From: Candidatus Thorarchaeota archaeon
Lineage (GTDB): Archaea > Asgardarchaeota > Thorarchaeia > Thorarchaeales > Thorarchaeaceae
Direction: 5' to 3'
Assembly (NCBI GenBank): GCA_029855935.1
Contig: JAGSHN010000032.1
Location: forward strand, 40,756-104,755
DNA length: 64,000 bases
A program made the translations under genes and the position numbers. How positions within the stretch are numbered: position 1 is the stretch's first letter; every line of letters begins with the position of its first letter. The notes beneath the pieces are model-generated. The model made no database searches and had not been told where the DNA came from. It was given only the letters and a program-made list of their open reading frames with translations. Below are positions 10,603-20,716 of the stretch, piece after piece.

Positions 10603-11295
10603 GTGAGAACGCAACTGGAGTTCTATATGGAGGAGATAAAGAATCGTGTCGCAAGGATGTACGAGCTGGCGAGCCACGCCTTCATGATGTCTATAGAGGC
10701 CTTCAAGGAATTAGATGTGGAGATGGCTCGTGAGGTACAGCGGACGTCCGACGAGATAGAGGAGTTGGGCATCAAGATTGAGGACAACGTGTTTGAGACC
10801 ATCGTCCGCCGCCAGCCTGTCGCTCGGGATCTGCGTGCCCTGGGCAGCTACAACTTCGTCTCGTTGCATCTATACCGAGTCGGTCGCTACGCGTACAAAG
10901 TGGCCCACATAGTCAAGCTTGCAAGTCAGCACGAACTGTCACACTACAAGAAACTCGAGTCGATTCCGTATATGGCAGGGCTTGCCAAGAAGACACTTGA
11001 CATTGCTATGCACGCTCTCCTTGAGGGCGACCTCTCGCAGATTGACGAGCTGGAGAAGCTCGAGGCGTCGTCAGACAAGGAGACCGTGGCAATGTTCGAG
11101 GAGATAGTGGAGTATCTGAAGAAGATGACCGGCATAACAACGATGTCCCTGTTCTACGTCATCGTCGGACGCTACTGCGAGCGTGCTGCAGACCACGCCT
11201 TCTCAATCGCTGAGAGGGCCATCTATGTTCACACTGGCAAGAGAAGAAAACTCGGCCTTGCGTACAAGGGCTCGGCTGACCGTGGCCCGCACTGA
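10603..11295 (+). CDS. phoU: Phosphate transport regulator PhoU
   Basis: QPVARDLR and ERAADHA..IAE motifs; last gene of the pst operon. Confidence 0.88.
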   Translation: MRTQLEFYMEEIKNRVARMYELASHAFMMSIEAFKELDVEMAREVQRTSDEIEELGIKIEDNVFETIVRRQPVARDLRALGSYNFVSLHLYRVGRYAYKVAHIVKLASQHELSHYKKLESIPYMAGLAKKTLDIAMHALLEGDLSQIDELEKLEASSDKETVAMFEEIVEYLKKMTGITTMSLFYVIVGRYCERAADHAFSIAERAIYVHTGKRRKLGLAYKGSADRGPH

Positions 11296-11322
11296 GGAGA
11301 GGAGCGGGAACACGACTGACCT

Positions 11323-11844
11323 CTACACTGACCTCCCGGCTCTTATAGCCTCGACCAGACTAGTGAATGCAAGGTCAACGTTGACGTTCTCGGTGGCGCT
11401 GGTCTGTATGAGTCGTGTCGCCTTCTGCTCAGCGATTCTCATGACCTCCCGCGGGTCCACAACGGTGTCAAGGTCAATCTTGTTTTCGACCATCACCACA
11501 GGGACGTCTCCTGCAGCGGAGAACAGCGCATCCAGCCACTCGTCCATGTGGTACAACGTCTCAGGGCGTGTACGGTCGAACACAAAGAACGCGCCAGATG
11601 CGTTCGAGCAATACTGTTCTCTCAGCTGCGCAAACGACTCCTCCCCGCCCAGATCCCAGATCACCAGCTTGTACACTGCTCCCTTGAGTCTGACAAGCTT
11701 GACGTGAAGAGTCGCACCGATGGTGCTGCCGATATCACCCGGGAGACTGTCATAGACATACTGCTGAACAAGTGAAGTCTTCCCGACCCCCGTGTCACCA
11801 AGGAACACGAGCTTGTAGACAAAGTCGGGCTCGGGAGAAACCAA
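11323..11844 (-). CDS. Rab/Ras-like small GTPase
   Basis: G1 GDTGVGKT, G2 TIG, G3 WDLGGE, G4 NKID, G5 SAT. Confidence 0.92.
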   Translation of the reverse strand: MVSPEPDFVYKLVFLGDTGVGKTSLVQQYVYDSLPGDIGSTIGATLHVKLVRLKGAVYKLVIWDLGGEESFAQLREQYCSNASGAFFVFDRTRPETLYHMDEWLDALFSAAGDVPVVMVENKIDLDTVVDPREVMRIAEQKATRLIQTSATENVNVDLAFTSLVEAIRAGRSV

Positions 11845-11916
11845 GACGCACCACCGCGGCCAGGTGTACAGGCGTGAGGGATAAAACCTTCGTTCCTACT
11901 ACGCAGACGCGCCTCT

Positions 11917-12450
11917 TCAGACCATGGTGAACTTCTCGCGTGCCTGAGTTAGTATCTGCCGGGAGAGCGTGAGGAAGGCCTCCTCTACGTTCATGTCTTC
12001 CTTCGCACTCGTTCTCACGTAGACGCAGTTGAACTTCTTTGCTATCTCCTCTGCGTAGCCGGGCTTGATCTTTGAGTCCAGATCAATCTTGTTTTCCACG
12101 AGGACAAGGGGTATCGTTCCTGTGACCTCGTAGAGAACGCTTATCCACTGATGTATCCGGTCGAGAGTTTCAGGGCGGGTGGTGTCGAAGACAAAGAAGG
12201 CGCCCGCCGCGTTCTGGTAGTAGGCTCGTCGCAGCTGCTCAAAGTCCTTCTGTCCGCCTATGTCCCAGATCACCAGCTTGATGCGTACATCCTCGACATC
12301 GACAGTCTTTACGTGAATGTCGGTGCCTATTGTCGTGAGATACTCGCCCTCAAAGCTATTGTACACGTACCTTCCAACTAGGCTGGTCTTGCCTACGGCC
12401 GGTTCTCCAAGGAAGACTATCTTGAACAGGTAGTCAACAGGCGCGTGCAG
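11917..12450 (-). CDS. Rab/Ras-like small GTPase (probable CTG start)
   Basis: Frame extends upstream of the track ORF: LHAPVDYLFKIVFLGEPAVGKTSL; then TIG, WDIGGQ, NKID, SAK. Confidence 0.9.
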   Translation of the reverse strand: MHAPVDYLFKIVFLGEPAVGKTSLVGRYVYNSFEGEYLTTIGTDIHVKTVDVEDVRIKLVIWDIGGQKDFEQLRRAYYQNAAGAFFVFDTTRPETLDRIHQWISVLYEVTGTIPLVLVENKIDLDSKIKPGYAEEIAKKFNCVYVRTSAKEDMNVEEAFLTLSRQILTQAREKFTMV

Positions 12451-12659
12451 CTGAAATACTCTCCGGTGTCCGATGTTTCATCAGATGAGGGGGGCGAGAA
12501 CAAGATAAAACTATCGAGCTTCTGGGAACTGTGCCCCGATGTTGATCCGTCATCATGGCTCTTGTTCTCGCATATTCTTCTGCATACCACAATTCACGCC
12601 TCACAAGACCAAAAGTGACAAAAGCAGGCATAGATGCGCAGCAGTGGGTGTCCCATGGT

Positions 12660-13451
12660 ATGCGGATTGGAACCTTTGCGCGGAACAATGACCAAGTCGC
12701 AATGGCGATAGACAATGATGCTGACTTTGTAGAACTGCGAATGGACCTTGAACACTCCATTGACTTTGAGGCCGCGAAACGACAGCTCTCTGACGCTGGC
12801 ATTGGGATCACCCTTCACCTACCGAGCTGGCCCGACTGGCGCCCGATTGAGGTGAGTCAGCTTGTGCTTCCGTACGTCGATCTCGGCAGACTGATGGATG
12901 CCGAGTTGGTGACCATTCACACGACTCTCTCAAGCATCTTTTATACGGATGGGGAGATTGACGACTTTCTCAATGGCATCGGCCCCGTGTGTGAGGCTGC
13001 CGAGAGCTCCGGTGTGCAGCTGGCCATAGAGAATCTCGGGCTGCAGTACACAGAACTGGCCCTTCTGTTTGACCAGCAGCCCTGTATGAAGATGGTGCTG
13101 GATGTTGGTCACGCTCAGATCATGGCGCTGAGAAACCGTGCACTGGACCACGTGGAGTTCTTCTACGACCGTATTGCAATGGTCAATCTTCACGACAACA
13201 ACGGTTCCAAGATGCTGGACGAGGTGATTGTCCTTCGCAGAGAGGGGCCTCTCTCCCGTCAGGAGATGAGAGAAGTCGCAAGACGGTACGACGAGCATCT
13301 CCCAATCGGTGAGGGGAGTGTGGATTTTGAGAGCGTTCTCTCTGCCCTGAAGAAGAGAGGCTACGATGGCAGATTCCTGATGATGTGCGCCGACCCGGCA
13401 CGGTTCCCCGAGGAACGGGAGAAGTTCCTTGCTCTATGGCAGCAGGTCTGA
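12660..13451 (+). CDS. Sugar-phosphate isomerase/epimerase (AP endonuclease 2) TIM-barrel protein
   Basis: IEN, LDVGH, HDN and DEHLPIGEGSVDF motifs. Confidence 0.8.
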   Translation: MRIGTFARNNDQVAMAIDNDADFVELRMDLEHSIDFEAAKRQLSDAGIGITLHLPSWPDWRPIEVSQLVLPYVDLGRLMDAELVTIHTTLSSIFYTDGEIDDFLNGIGPVCEAAESSGVQLAIENLGLQYTELALLFDQQPCMKMVLDVGHAQIMALRNRALDHVEFFYDRIAMVNLHDNNGSKMLDEVIVLRREGPLSRQEMREVARRYDEHLPIGEGSVDFESVLSALKKRGYDGRFLMMCADPARFPEEREKFLALWQQV

Positions 13452-13455
13452 CTCG

Positions 13456-14562
13456 TCACGCTTTCTGCAAGATCGAGTCTTTCAGACGTTCTACCTGTTC
13501 TATGCCCTTGCTATCTCCAGCGGCCTCGTAGAACGCCCGCGCAATGGCCAGCATCTTCTGAGCCTCTCCGTTCTTTCCTTGTACGACAAAGAACCTCGCT
13601 CGTTTCAGCCGCGCCTCAGCCATCTCCGAATAGACGTGAGTGGGATACTCAAAGAGGTCGGGCACGAACGTGGCGCCGCACCTCGGACAGGTGACCGGGG
13701 TCGCCTCTCCCACAGCCGCTCTCTCCTCTGCAACGGGCGGGGGGCCGGCGGTGGCAGGAGCGCTGGGCGGCGCCTCTGGGACGGCCGCCTCAGTCTGAGG
13801 TGCCGCAGTCCCTTCCGGTGGCTGCCCCTCGGATGGCATGACTGGGATCTCAGACTCGTCGACTTCGATCTTCTCGTAGAGAGAGGACCTGAACTCCGAG
13901 GGTACTGATGCCTCTGGAGGTGGTGCAGGAGGCGGCTCGACAGGTGGCCCCTCAGGATGAATTATCGCTGACATTGCTCCCAGTATCTTGACCTCGCTCT
14001 CCTCCGGTCGTTCCTCAAGACTCTCCTCTGGAGGTAGCTCGCCCTCGGCCTTCTCCTCTCTCCATTCGACGGCCTCAGGCGCGGTGGGCTCTGCGCTCGG
14101 AGCAGGAGCGGCCGCTGCAGGTGCTCGTGCGGGCTGCGCCTCTTCGGGCTCTGCACTCTCCTCAAGCAGCTCCTTCACCTCACTTGCCCTGAGCATCCTT
14201 GTCTCGACCACCCCAGTACCAGTCTCCTCAAGGCCGACCTCCTCAGCCTTCTTGAAGGCTTCTCTGGCCTTCTCAAGCTCCGACTTCACTCGCTTCCTTG
14301 TCCCCCGTCTGACGCGATCCCTTGCGACCTGTGACGGGCGGACCCACTCCTCCTCTACCACAACTGCCTTCGGTCCTTGCTCTGCCTCTGTTTCCTGGGC
14401 AGCTGCTGCCGTTCCTGTCACAACCCTACCCGTCTCTGGGACCTCTACCTGCGGCTTCGCCAGGCGTGGTCTCCTCTTCGACACAGTCAGCTTGGCACCA
14501 CATCTTATGCAGAACTTTCTCGTTGGCAGGTTCGCCTTTCCACAATTGGGACAGACCTTCAT
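13456..14562 (-). CDS. Zinc-ribbon protein with Pro/Glu/Ala-rich linker and C-terminal helical (TPR-like) region
   Basis: CPNCG...FCIRCG at the N-terminus, a later CPRCG, long low-complexity middle. Confidence 0.7.
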   Translation of the reverse strand: MKVCPNCGKANLPTRKFCIRCGAKLTVSKRRPRLAKPQVEVPETGRVVTGTAAAAQETEAEQGPKAVVVEEEWVRPSQVARDRVRRGTRKRVKSELEKAREAFKKAEEVGLEETGTGVVETRMLRASEVKELLEESAEPEEAQPARAPAAAAPAPSAEPTAPEAVEWREEKAEGELPPEESLEERPEESEVKILGAMSAIIHPEGPPVEPPPAPPPEASVPSEFRSSLYEKIEVDESEIPVMPSEGQPPEGTAAPQTEAAVPEAPPSAPATAGPPPVAEERAAVGEATPVTCPRCGATFVPDLFEYPTHVYSEMAEARLKRARFFVVQGKNGEAQKMLAIARAFYEAAGDSKGIEQVERLKDSILQKA

Positions 14563-14723
14563 TTGGCCACCCCACTTACTGACCGAGCTATACGCATCGT
14601 TGCTCATATAGCTTTGCCAAAGGAGCAGAAAGGACAGGCCTCGTCGGAGTGGGGCGCACTCCTCACTAGCCCCATATCGACGGGCATAAAGCGTTATATC
14701 CCCCCTCCTCTAGGGCTCAGGTC

Positions 14724-17168
14724 GTGAAAGTCTATAGCATCCCGGACTGTGCATGGAGGATTAGGCTAGATGGACGGCCTGAGCGTGAGGGCTGCCCTAG
14801 GCGCTATCCCATCGGTCTGATGTTGCGAATGGCGCCTGTCCTGTTGAGAATTCGCAGGCAGAGGAAGGTGGCTGGGAGGGGTGCCGAGCCGCCGTCGATG
14901 TTCTCTGTGAGCGCAATCAACGACGGTCACAATCAGGGCGTACCCATCGGTGGTCTTGGTGCTGGCAGTATCGGCAGAACATATCGCGGCGACTTTGCCA
15001 GATGGCACCTAAACGTCGGCGAGCACGTATATCACCCGTCTATCCCCAATCAGTTCCATCTCTTCATCCGACGCGACGGAGAGCGTCTTGCACGGACGCT
15101 CAATCCTCGTCCGTCGGCTCCCGTCCTCTCATCATGGGGGTGGGGTCTTGAGCCACATAGGGCCACGTATCACGCTCTATTCCCGCGAGCTTGGACTGTG
15201 TACGACTATGCTGACTGGGGTCTGCAGTTGACGTGTGAGCAGATCTCTCCCGTCATTGGTCACAACTATAGGGAGTCATCTTATCCTGTGGGAGTGTTTC
15301 ACTGGTCCGTTCAGAACGTCGGTTCGCGTCCGCTGGACGTCTCTCTGATGCTCACGTGGGAGAATGCCATTGTGCCCACACGCAAGGCGCACCCCGGCGA
15401 CTCTGTCTCAGGACACGTCTCTGAGCGTCAGGCGATGGTGGAGCTTCGACATGGCGAGGACGCGGATTGCTATCCCGTGTCCTTTGGGCTAGGGGTGGCA
15501 TCGGACGATGCCTCTCTGCTCCTTCTGGAGAGCTTCGACACAGAGGGCGGCGGTGCGGGCGTGTGGTCCACATTCAGTGATAGGGGCATCGTGGACGAGA
15601 GGGCATCGGCGAATCCTGTGAGGTCAGGTCACCGCCACGGAGCTGCGTTGTGCTCTTGCACGAATCTGATGCCCGGAGAGTCGAAGGATATCACGTTCGC
15701 CGTCGCGTGGGACATCCCCATAATCAGGTTCGGTCGGAGGAGCTGGTATCGTCGCTACACGAGGTTCTTTGGGAGTTCTGGGGACAACGCTCTTCGTCTC
15801 ACGGAGACAGCCCTTGGCGGCTGGCGCGAGTGGTCCCGACAGATTCACAAATGGCAGCAACCAGTTCTCGAGTCCGACCTGCCAGACTGGCTCAAGTGCG
15901 CCCTGTTCAATGAACTGTACTACCTCGTCGATGGTGGCACTGCGTGGACGGCCGGTCCGGTGGGGGCCAAGGATGATCGGGATGCTGGCACAGACCAATC
16001 CGCGAACGGGGCCGGGTCAGAACTGAGTGACGATATCGGTCACTTTGCGTATCTGGAGTGTTTTGACTATCCGTTCTACAACACGTACGACGTACACTTC
16101 TACGCGAGTTTTGCTCTTCTTTGGAACTGGCCATTACTGGATAACTCCATTCACACCGACTTCGCCGATGCGGTTCTTGCCTCGGACGAGCGGGAGCGGA
16201 TGCTTATTCTTCACAGGGGGACGGCTCCGAGGAAGCCCTACGGCTGCATACCTCACGACCTAGGGACTCCGCAAGAGGATCCTTGGGTGGCCACCAACGC
16301 GTACAACGCACAGGATGTGAGCCGCTGGAAGGACCTCAACACCAAGTTTGTGCTGCAGGTCTACAGGAACTACGTGATCACTGGAGATAGAGACTTTCTT
16401 GAGTACTGCTGGCCGAGCGTCAAGGTGGCAATGGAGTACGCCGACCGCTTTGACACGGACGGTGACGGCCTCATCGAGAACGAGGGCTTTCCGGACCAGA
16501 CCTACGACGTCTGGACGATGCAGGGCGTGAGTACGTACTGTGCCGGACTTTACCTTGCTGCGGCCGAGGCGATGGTCGCAATGGCCGGGATAATGAACGA
16601 GCCGGACGTTGCAGAGAAGTATCGTGAGGTGGTCAGCCGCGGTCGGAGAAGATTCACCGACTTGTTATGGACGGGTGAATACTTCAGGTTCGACTCGAGC
16701 GGCGGCCGTCATAGCGACAGCATTATGGCGGACATGCTCTCAGGCCTCCTGTATACGCACGTCTGCGGTCTCCCTCGGTACGTCGACGCGGAGAAGGCCC
16801 GCATGTCGCTGAGAACAATATTTGAGTTCAACGTGCTTCGTTTTGCGGATGGCGAGATGGGCGCGGTCAACGGTATGAGACCGAACGGCAAGGTGGACCG
16901 AAGCAGCCCGCAGTCAGCAGAGGTGTGGACTGGCACGACCTATGCCCTTGCGGCCCTGATGGCCTATGAGGGTCTACTGGAGGAGGCGGAGAAGACGGCC
17001 TACGGCATCTACAGAGTCACGTACCACTCACTCGGCTACTGGTTCAGGACACCTGAGGCGTGGCTCAGTGACGGCTCCTATCGCGCGTCGATGTATATGC
17101 GACCACTGGCCGTCTGGGCACTCGGGATGGCCCTCCTCCGCGATCGTGGTCACGAGGACGATGTCTGA
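14724..17168 (+). CDS. GH116 non-lysosomal glucosylceramidase (GBA2-like) beta-glycosidase
   Basis: GVPIGGLGAGSIGR, YLEC.DY.FYNTYDVHFY, WKDLN, DQTYD.W and EVWTG motifs. Confidence 0.93.
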   Translation: MKVYSIPDCAWRIRLDGRPEREGCPRRYPIGLMLRMAPVLLRIRRQRKVAGRGAEPPSMFSVSAINDGHNQGVPIGGLGAGSIGRTYRGDFARWHLNVGEHVYHPSIPNQFHLFIRRDGERLARTLNPRPSAPVLSSWGWGLEPHRATYHALFPRAWTVYDYADWGLQLTCEQISPVIGHNYRESSYPVGVFHWSVQNVGSRPLDVSLMLTWENAIVPTRKAHPGDSVSGHVSERQAMVELRHGEDADCYPVSFGLGVASDDASLLLLESFDTEGGGAGVWSTFSDRGIVDERASANPVRSGHRHGAALCSCTNLMPGESKDITFAVAWDIPIIRFGRRSWYRRYTRFFGSSGDNALRLTETALGGWREWSRQIHKWQQPVLESDLPDWLKCALFNELYYLVDGGTAWTAGPVGAKDDRDAGTDQSANGAGSELSDDIGHFAYLECFDYPFYNTYDVHFYASFALLWNWPLLDNSIHTDFADAVLASDERERMLILHRGTAPRKPYGCIPHDLGTPQEDPWVATNAYNAQDVSRWKDLNTKFVLQVYRNYVITGDRDFLEYCWPSVKVAMEYADRFDTDGDGLIENEGFPDQTYDVWTMQGVSTYCAGLYLAAAEAMVAMAGIMNEPDVAEKYREVVSRGRRRFTDLLWTGEYFRFDSSGGRHSDSIMADMLSGLLYTHVCGLPRYVDAEKARMSLRTIFEFNVLRFADGEMGAVNGMRPNGKVDRSSPQSAEVWTGTTYALAALMAYEGLLEEAEKTAYGIYRVTYHSLGYWFRTPEAWLSDGSYRASMYMRPLAVWALGMALLRDRGHEDDV

Positions 17169-17192
17169 TTGAACTATCGTGCTTGCCGATGG

Positions 17193-18437
17193 TCAGGCGG
17201 CGTGATCGTCGGTGCTACGGCGGCCTTGGCCAATCTCTCTCTGGATTCTCAAGACGGTGTGTGCCACCTTTGAGTAGGCCTCGCCCAGTGTCTTACCCAC
17301 GCCAAGGACGGTACACACAGGGTCGCCACGCCTGACCACCACACCTGCGGGCGTTCGGTCTACGGTTCCCTCAAATGCAGACAGGTCAGGGACAGGGCCA
17401 GTCCGCCTCGCATAGGCGACTATCTTGGCAACGGGTCTCAGTGGCAGTCCGGTCACAGGGAGCTCCCCCTCACAGGCCCTAAGGTGCATCGCCATCAGCG
17501 ACCTGCCCGAGGCCAGCTCAAGCATCTCAAGCGTGCCCGTCACACGCGGGTTCACCTCGAGCACCCACGCCTGTCCCTGGTCGTCTACAACGAAGTCGAT
17601 TCCATTGTAGCCGATCAATCCGAGACCAGTGCAAAGACGTGCCATCTGTTCGGAGAGAGAGGCAATATCATCCTCTGTGAGCGGTGACGGCCAGTAGTTA
17701 CCGCAGTACACAAAGTCACAGTTTCGTCCTGCCAGTGGCATCCCGATCAGCTGGCCTTGGATGCTGACCGTGACCGAGTCACGTCCGTCCCCAATCACCG
17801 TTGCACTGCAGTCGACGCCGCTGACATACTCCTGTATAAGAAGCGGCCGAACGCCATCCTCCCTTTGGCGTCGAGAGAACTCTCTGACAAGATGCTTCTC
17901 ATTGATGGCCACACGAATCCCGCCGCCCCCGCCGGATGTGGGCCGTCGGATGACGCACGGATAGCCAATTTCTCGACCGGCTACCATCGCTCCCTCTGCA
18001 GTCGTCACGAGCCGCTCCGCAGGCATCCTCAGTCCCAGTTCCTCTGCCAGTCGTCTTACGAGTTCTCTGTCGCGAGCGCGCCTGAAACCGTTCGCATCGT
18101 TCCCAAGGAGTCTTGCTCTTGCCTCGAGTCGTTCCACAGCCTCCGGGTGGTCATCGAAACCGCTTCCCAGCACCAAGTTCCGAATATCCGGATCGAAGTT
18201 GCCAACAAAGTTCTCAACGAGAGCGTCATAGACGGGCTGTTCCAATGAGGCACGCTGACGCTGTCCAGGTCGCGGATTGAGCACCGCGACCCAACGGTCA
18301 CAGCAGGAGCTCAGGTCGTCGTCTCCCCAGAAGTCCGAGACGAAGACGGTGGCACCTAGCCTCTTGAGCGAACATGCTATCGGACGGGCGTTGAAGCCAA
18401 CCACTCCGACGCTTCCCTGGAAGGACGGTCTCTCCAT
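17193..18437 (-). CDS. ATP-grasp protein (archaeal COG2232-like carboligase)
   Basis: RPIACS...DFWGDDDL, GGGGGIR, QEYVSG, GYNGIDF and EVNPR motifs. Confidence 0.8.
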   Translation of the reverse strand: MERPSFQGSVGVVGFNARPIACSLKRLGATVFVSDFWGDDDLSSCCDRWVAVLNPRPGQRQRASLEQPVYDALVENFVGNFDPDIRNLVLGSGFDDHPEAVERLEARARLLGNDANGFRRARDRELVRRLAEELGLRMPAERLVTTAEGAMVAGREIGYPCVIRRPTSGGGGGIRVAINEKHLVREFSRRQREDGVRPLLIQEYVSGVDCSATVIGDGRDSVTVSIQGQLIGMPLAGRNCDFVYCGNYWPSPLTEDDIASLSEQMARLCTGLGLIGYNGIDFVVDDQGQAWVLEVNPRVTGTLEMLELASGRSLMAMHLRACEGELPVTGLPLRPVAKIVAYARRTGPVPDLSAFEGTVDRTPAGVVVRRGDPVCTVLGVGKTLGEAYSKVAHTVLRIQREIGQGRRSTDDHAA

Positions 18438-18558
18438 CGCTCTGTCACTAGCCCCGTTTACCTCCAATAAGGCTGTTGCTCGTCGACTATCGCCTTCATC
18501 CGCTGCCTGCGTCGCTGTCTCAGTGACCTTTATCTCTCCTCCCTACCCGGTGAGGGCT

Positions 18559-18876
18559 ATGAAGAGAGTTCACGAGTCGGAGATTGACCTTGTCAGGGTT
18601 GAGGGAACCAGAGGCCACGTGGATGTCTGGGATGCGGTCAGAGGGCCGATTGTCGCTGGTGTCCGTGAGGTCGCTCCTGAGAGTAGGGTGCCACCAGCGC
18701 CTCATCGTCATCCCGAGGCACAGCTCATCTACGTCATATCGGGAGAGCCGCTGATAACGAACGGTTCCGAGACGCTCCGGCTGAGAGAGGGCGACTTTGT
18801 GATACTTGACCCTGATGAGGAGCACTACATCATCACCGATGATGTCCCGGCCAGGCTGTTCGAGGTTCGATACTGA
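18559..18876 (+). CDS. Cupin-domain protein
   Basis: HRHPEAQLIYVISG and GDFVILDPDEEH cupin motifs. Confidence 0.85.
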   Translation: MKRVHESEIDLVRVEGTRGHVDVWDAVRGPIVAGVREVAPESRVPPAPHRHPEAQLIYVISGEPLITNGSETLRLREGDFVILDPDEEHYIITDDVPARLFEVRY

Positions 18877-18995
18877 GGGAGCATACGACGCACCGTGAGG
18901 CCTCGTCAGGGCTACGTCGTCGTCTTGGCGGCCCGTGTCTGTGCTCTCAGGCGAGAGTATGTCATTCACTGTCTTCGGAAGCCTCTTTCTCCAAT

Positions 18996-20588
18996 TCATC
19001 CAGCGCGACGCCTTCGTAGGGCCCCAACGACAACTACAACGACGACGACAGCAACTGCGACACCGATTGCTATCGCAGGGACAAACGCTGATGCGCCCGT
19101 TGCTGTCGTGGACTCGGTTGTCGACGAGGTCGTTTCGTTCGGGGCGCCTACCACCGTGTAGACAAACCGGGCGTGACTCCAGACGCCATCCTCGTCCCGA
19201 ACGTACACATCGAGATAATGCTCGCCATTCACAGCCGGTATCGCGGACGGTTCTGTCGAGTTTGCTCCACCATCCCACGAGAACAGCTTGGCCACCGGGA
19301 CCCTGCTGAAGTAGATCTCTGGGACCACTCCCGGCCTGACTTGCGTGTTGTTTGCGTACACGCGCTCCTCTATCTCAATGGGTCCGCGGTCCGGAAGAGA
19401 GTAGGTCTCAGCCACGGTGCCGTCCGCCCTGACTGCTGTGAAGTTGACGCTCTGCGGTGAGACTTCAACGCGGAGATAGTGATAGAACGCGCCGCCCCAC
19501 GGCGTCTCGTACGGCGGAGCCCCGGCACCGCCTGTGATTATGTGGACGACACCGTTGACGGTCAGTCTGTTGTAGAGATGATCGTGGCCGGCGAAGAAGG
19601 CAGTCACGTTCGTGTCCTCAAGCAGCTGCTGGAGGTCTGCTCGTTCGTCCTTGTTCACGTCAAGAGCACTGCCGATGTGTCTGAGCGGGTAGAGCGGTCT
19701 GTGGGCAAAGACGAACTTCATTTCCTCAGTGGCCTGTGTCAGATCGTTGACCAGCCAGTCCCACTGTGGACCTGCTATGCGGCCCTCGTAGGCCTCCTGT
19801 TCCGTGTCTAGGAGGATGAAGTGCACACCTGCAAAGTCGAAAGAGCCGTACGTCTTCGGCTCGTCGGGCATCTCAAAGGCCTCTAGGAAGTACTTGTCGT
19901 TACGCACCCCCGTTGGAGTACGGATGTCGTGATTCCCAATCACGCCGTAGATGGGGACATAGTGACCCAGTCTGTCAGTGATGTTGGTGAAGTGCTCCCA
20001 GATGTTCTCGTTAGCCTTGTCGTCTGAGGTCAACGAGTAGACATAATCGCCGGTCATCACAACAATGTCGGGGTCTTCTGCTGTCACAAGGTCGATGATC
20101 TCCGAGAAGACCTGAGGCTGTGTGGGCGCTGTGTCTTGGCCCGGTCGATTGTCCCCAAGGACAATCATCTTGAACGGCTGTCCGTCCGGTGGTGCAGTCT
20201 TGAAGTTATACGTGTCGCTCTCGGTCCCATTCGAGATGACCTTGTAGTAGTATCTCGTGCCGGCCTCCAATCCGCTGAGCCAGACACGGTGTTCAGTGAC
20301 GGTGTCCGTGCTGCTCTCCGCATTGCTGAGGGTATTCTGCGCGAGGCCGTACTGAACAGTCGAGTTGGTGGGATCGCTTGTCACCCAGTAGATCATTGCT
20401 GTACTGTTCGTGACAAAGTTCACCGTGGGGCCTCTCACAACTGTGGTGCCCGCCGCGGGCTGATGGCTGTCTTGAGGGGCCGGAGCCGTCACGGTATGTG
20501 GTTCTGCCAGTGAGAGTGTGACAACGGCCCAGGCGGTCCCCGTGAGGAGTAGCAATACGACGAACCCTTTCCGCCAGTGAGGAGACAT
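18996..20588 (-). CDS. Secreted, membrane-anchored purple acid phosphatase-like metallophosphoesterase with FN3 domain
   Basis: GDNR, GD, GNHD and GHDH motifs; signal peptide; Thr/Ser linker, TM and RRRR tail. Confidence 0.88.
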   Translation of the reverse strand: MSPHWRKGFVVLLLLTGTAWAVVTLSLAEPHTVTAPAPQDSHQPAAGTTVVRGPTVNFVTNSTAMIYWVTSDPTNSTVQYGLAQNTLSNAESSTDTVTEHRVWLSGLEAGTRYYYKVISNGTESDTYNFKTAPPDGQPFKMIVLGDNRPGQDTAPTQPQVFSEIIDLVTAEDPDIVVMTGDYVYSLTSDDKANENIWEHFTNITDRLGHYVPIYGVIGNHDIRTPTGVRNDKYFLEAFEMPDEPKTYGSFDFAGVHFILLDTEQEAYEGRIAGPQWDWLVNDLTQATEEMKFVFAHRPLYPLRHIGSALDVNKDERADLQQLLEDTNVTAFFAGHDHLYNRLTVNGVVHIITGGAGAPPYETPWGGAFYHYLRVEVSPQSVNFTAVRADGTVAETYSLPDRGPIEIEERVYANNTQVRPGVVPEIYFSRVPVAKLFSWDGGANSTEPSAIPAVNGEHYLDVYVRDEDGVWSHARFVYTVVGAPNETTSSTTESTTATGASAFVPAIAIGVAVAVVVVVVVVGALRRRRAG

Positions 20589-20716
20589 GACTGTTCCTCT
20601 GTGTCTTGACGCCTATGTTGAAAAGAGTTACGAGACCGCCGACCAAATGCCAGAGCAGGCGTCACAATCCAAGAGCTTATTGGGTCTGTCGCAAGACTGT
20701 CTGAGAGGTCTAGTAG

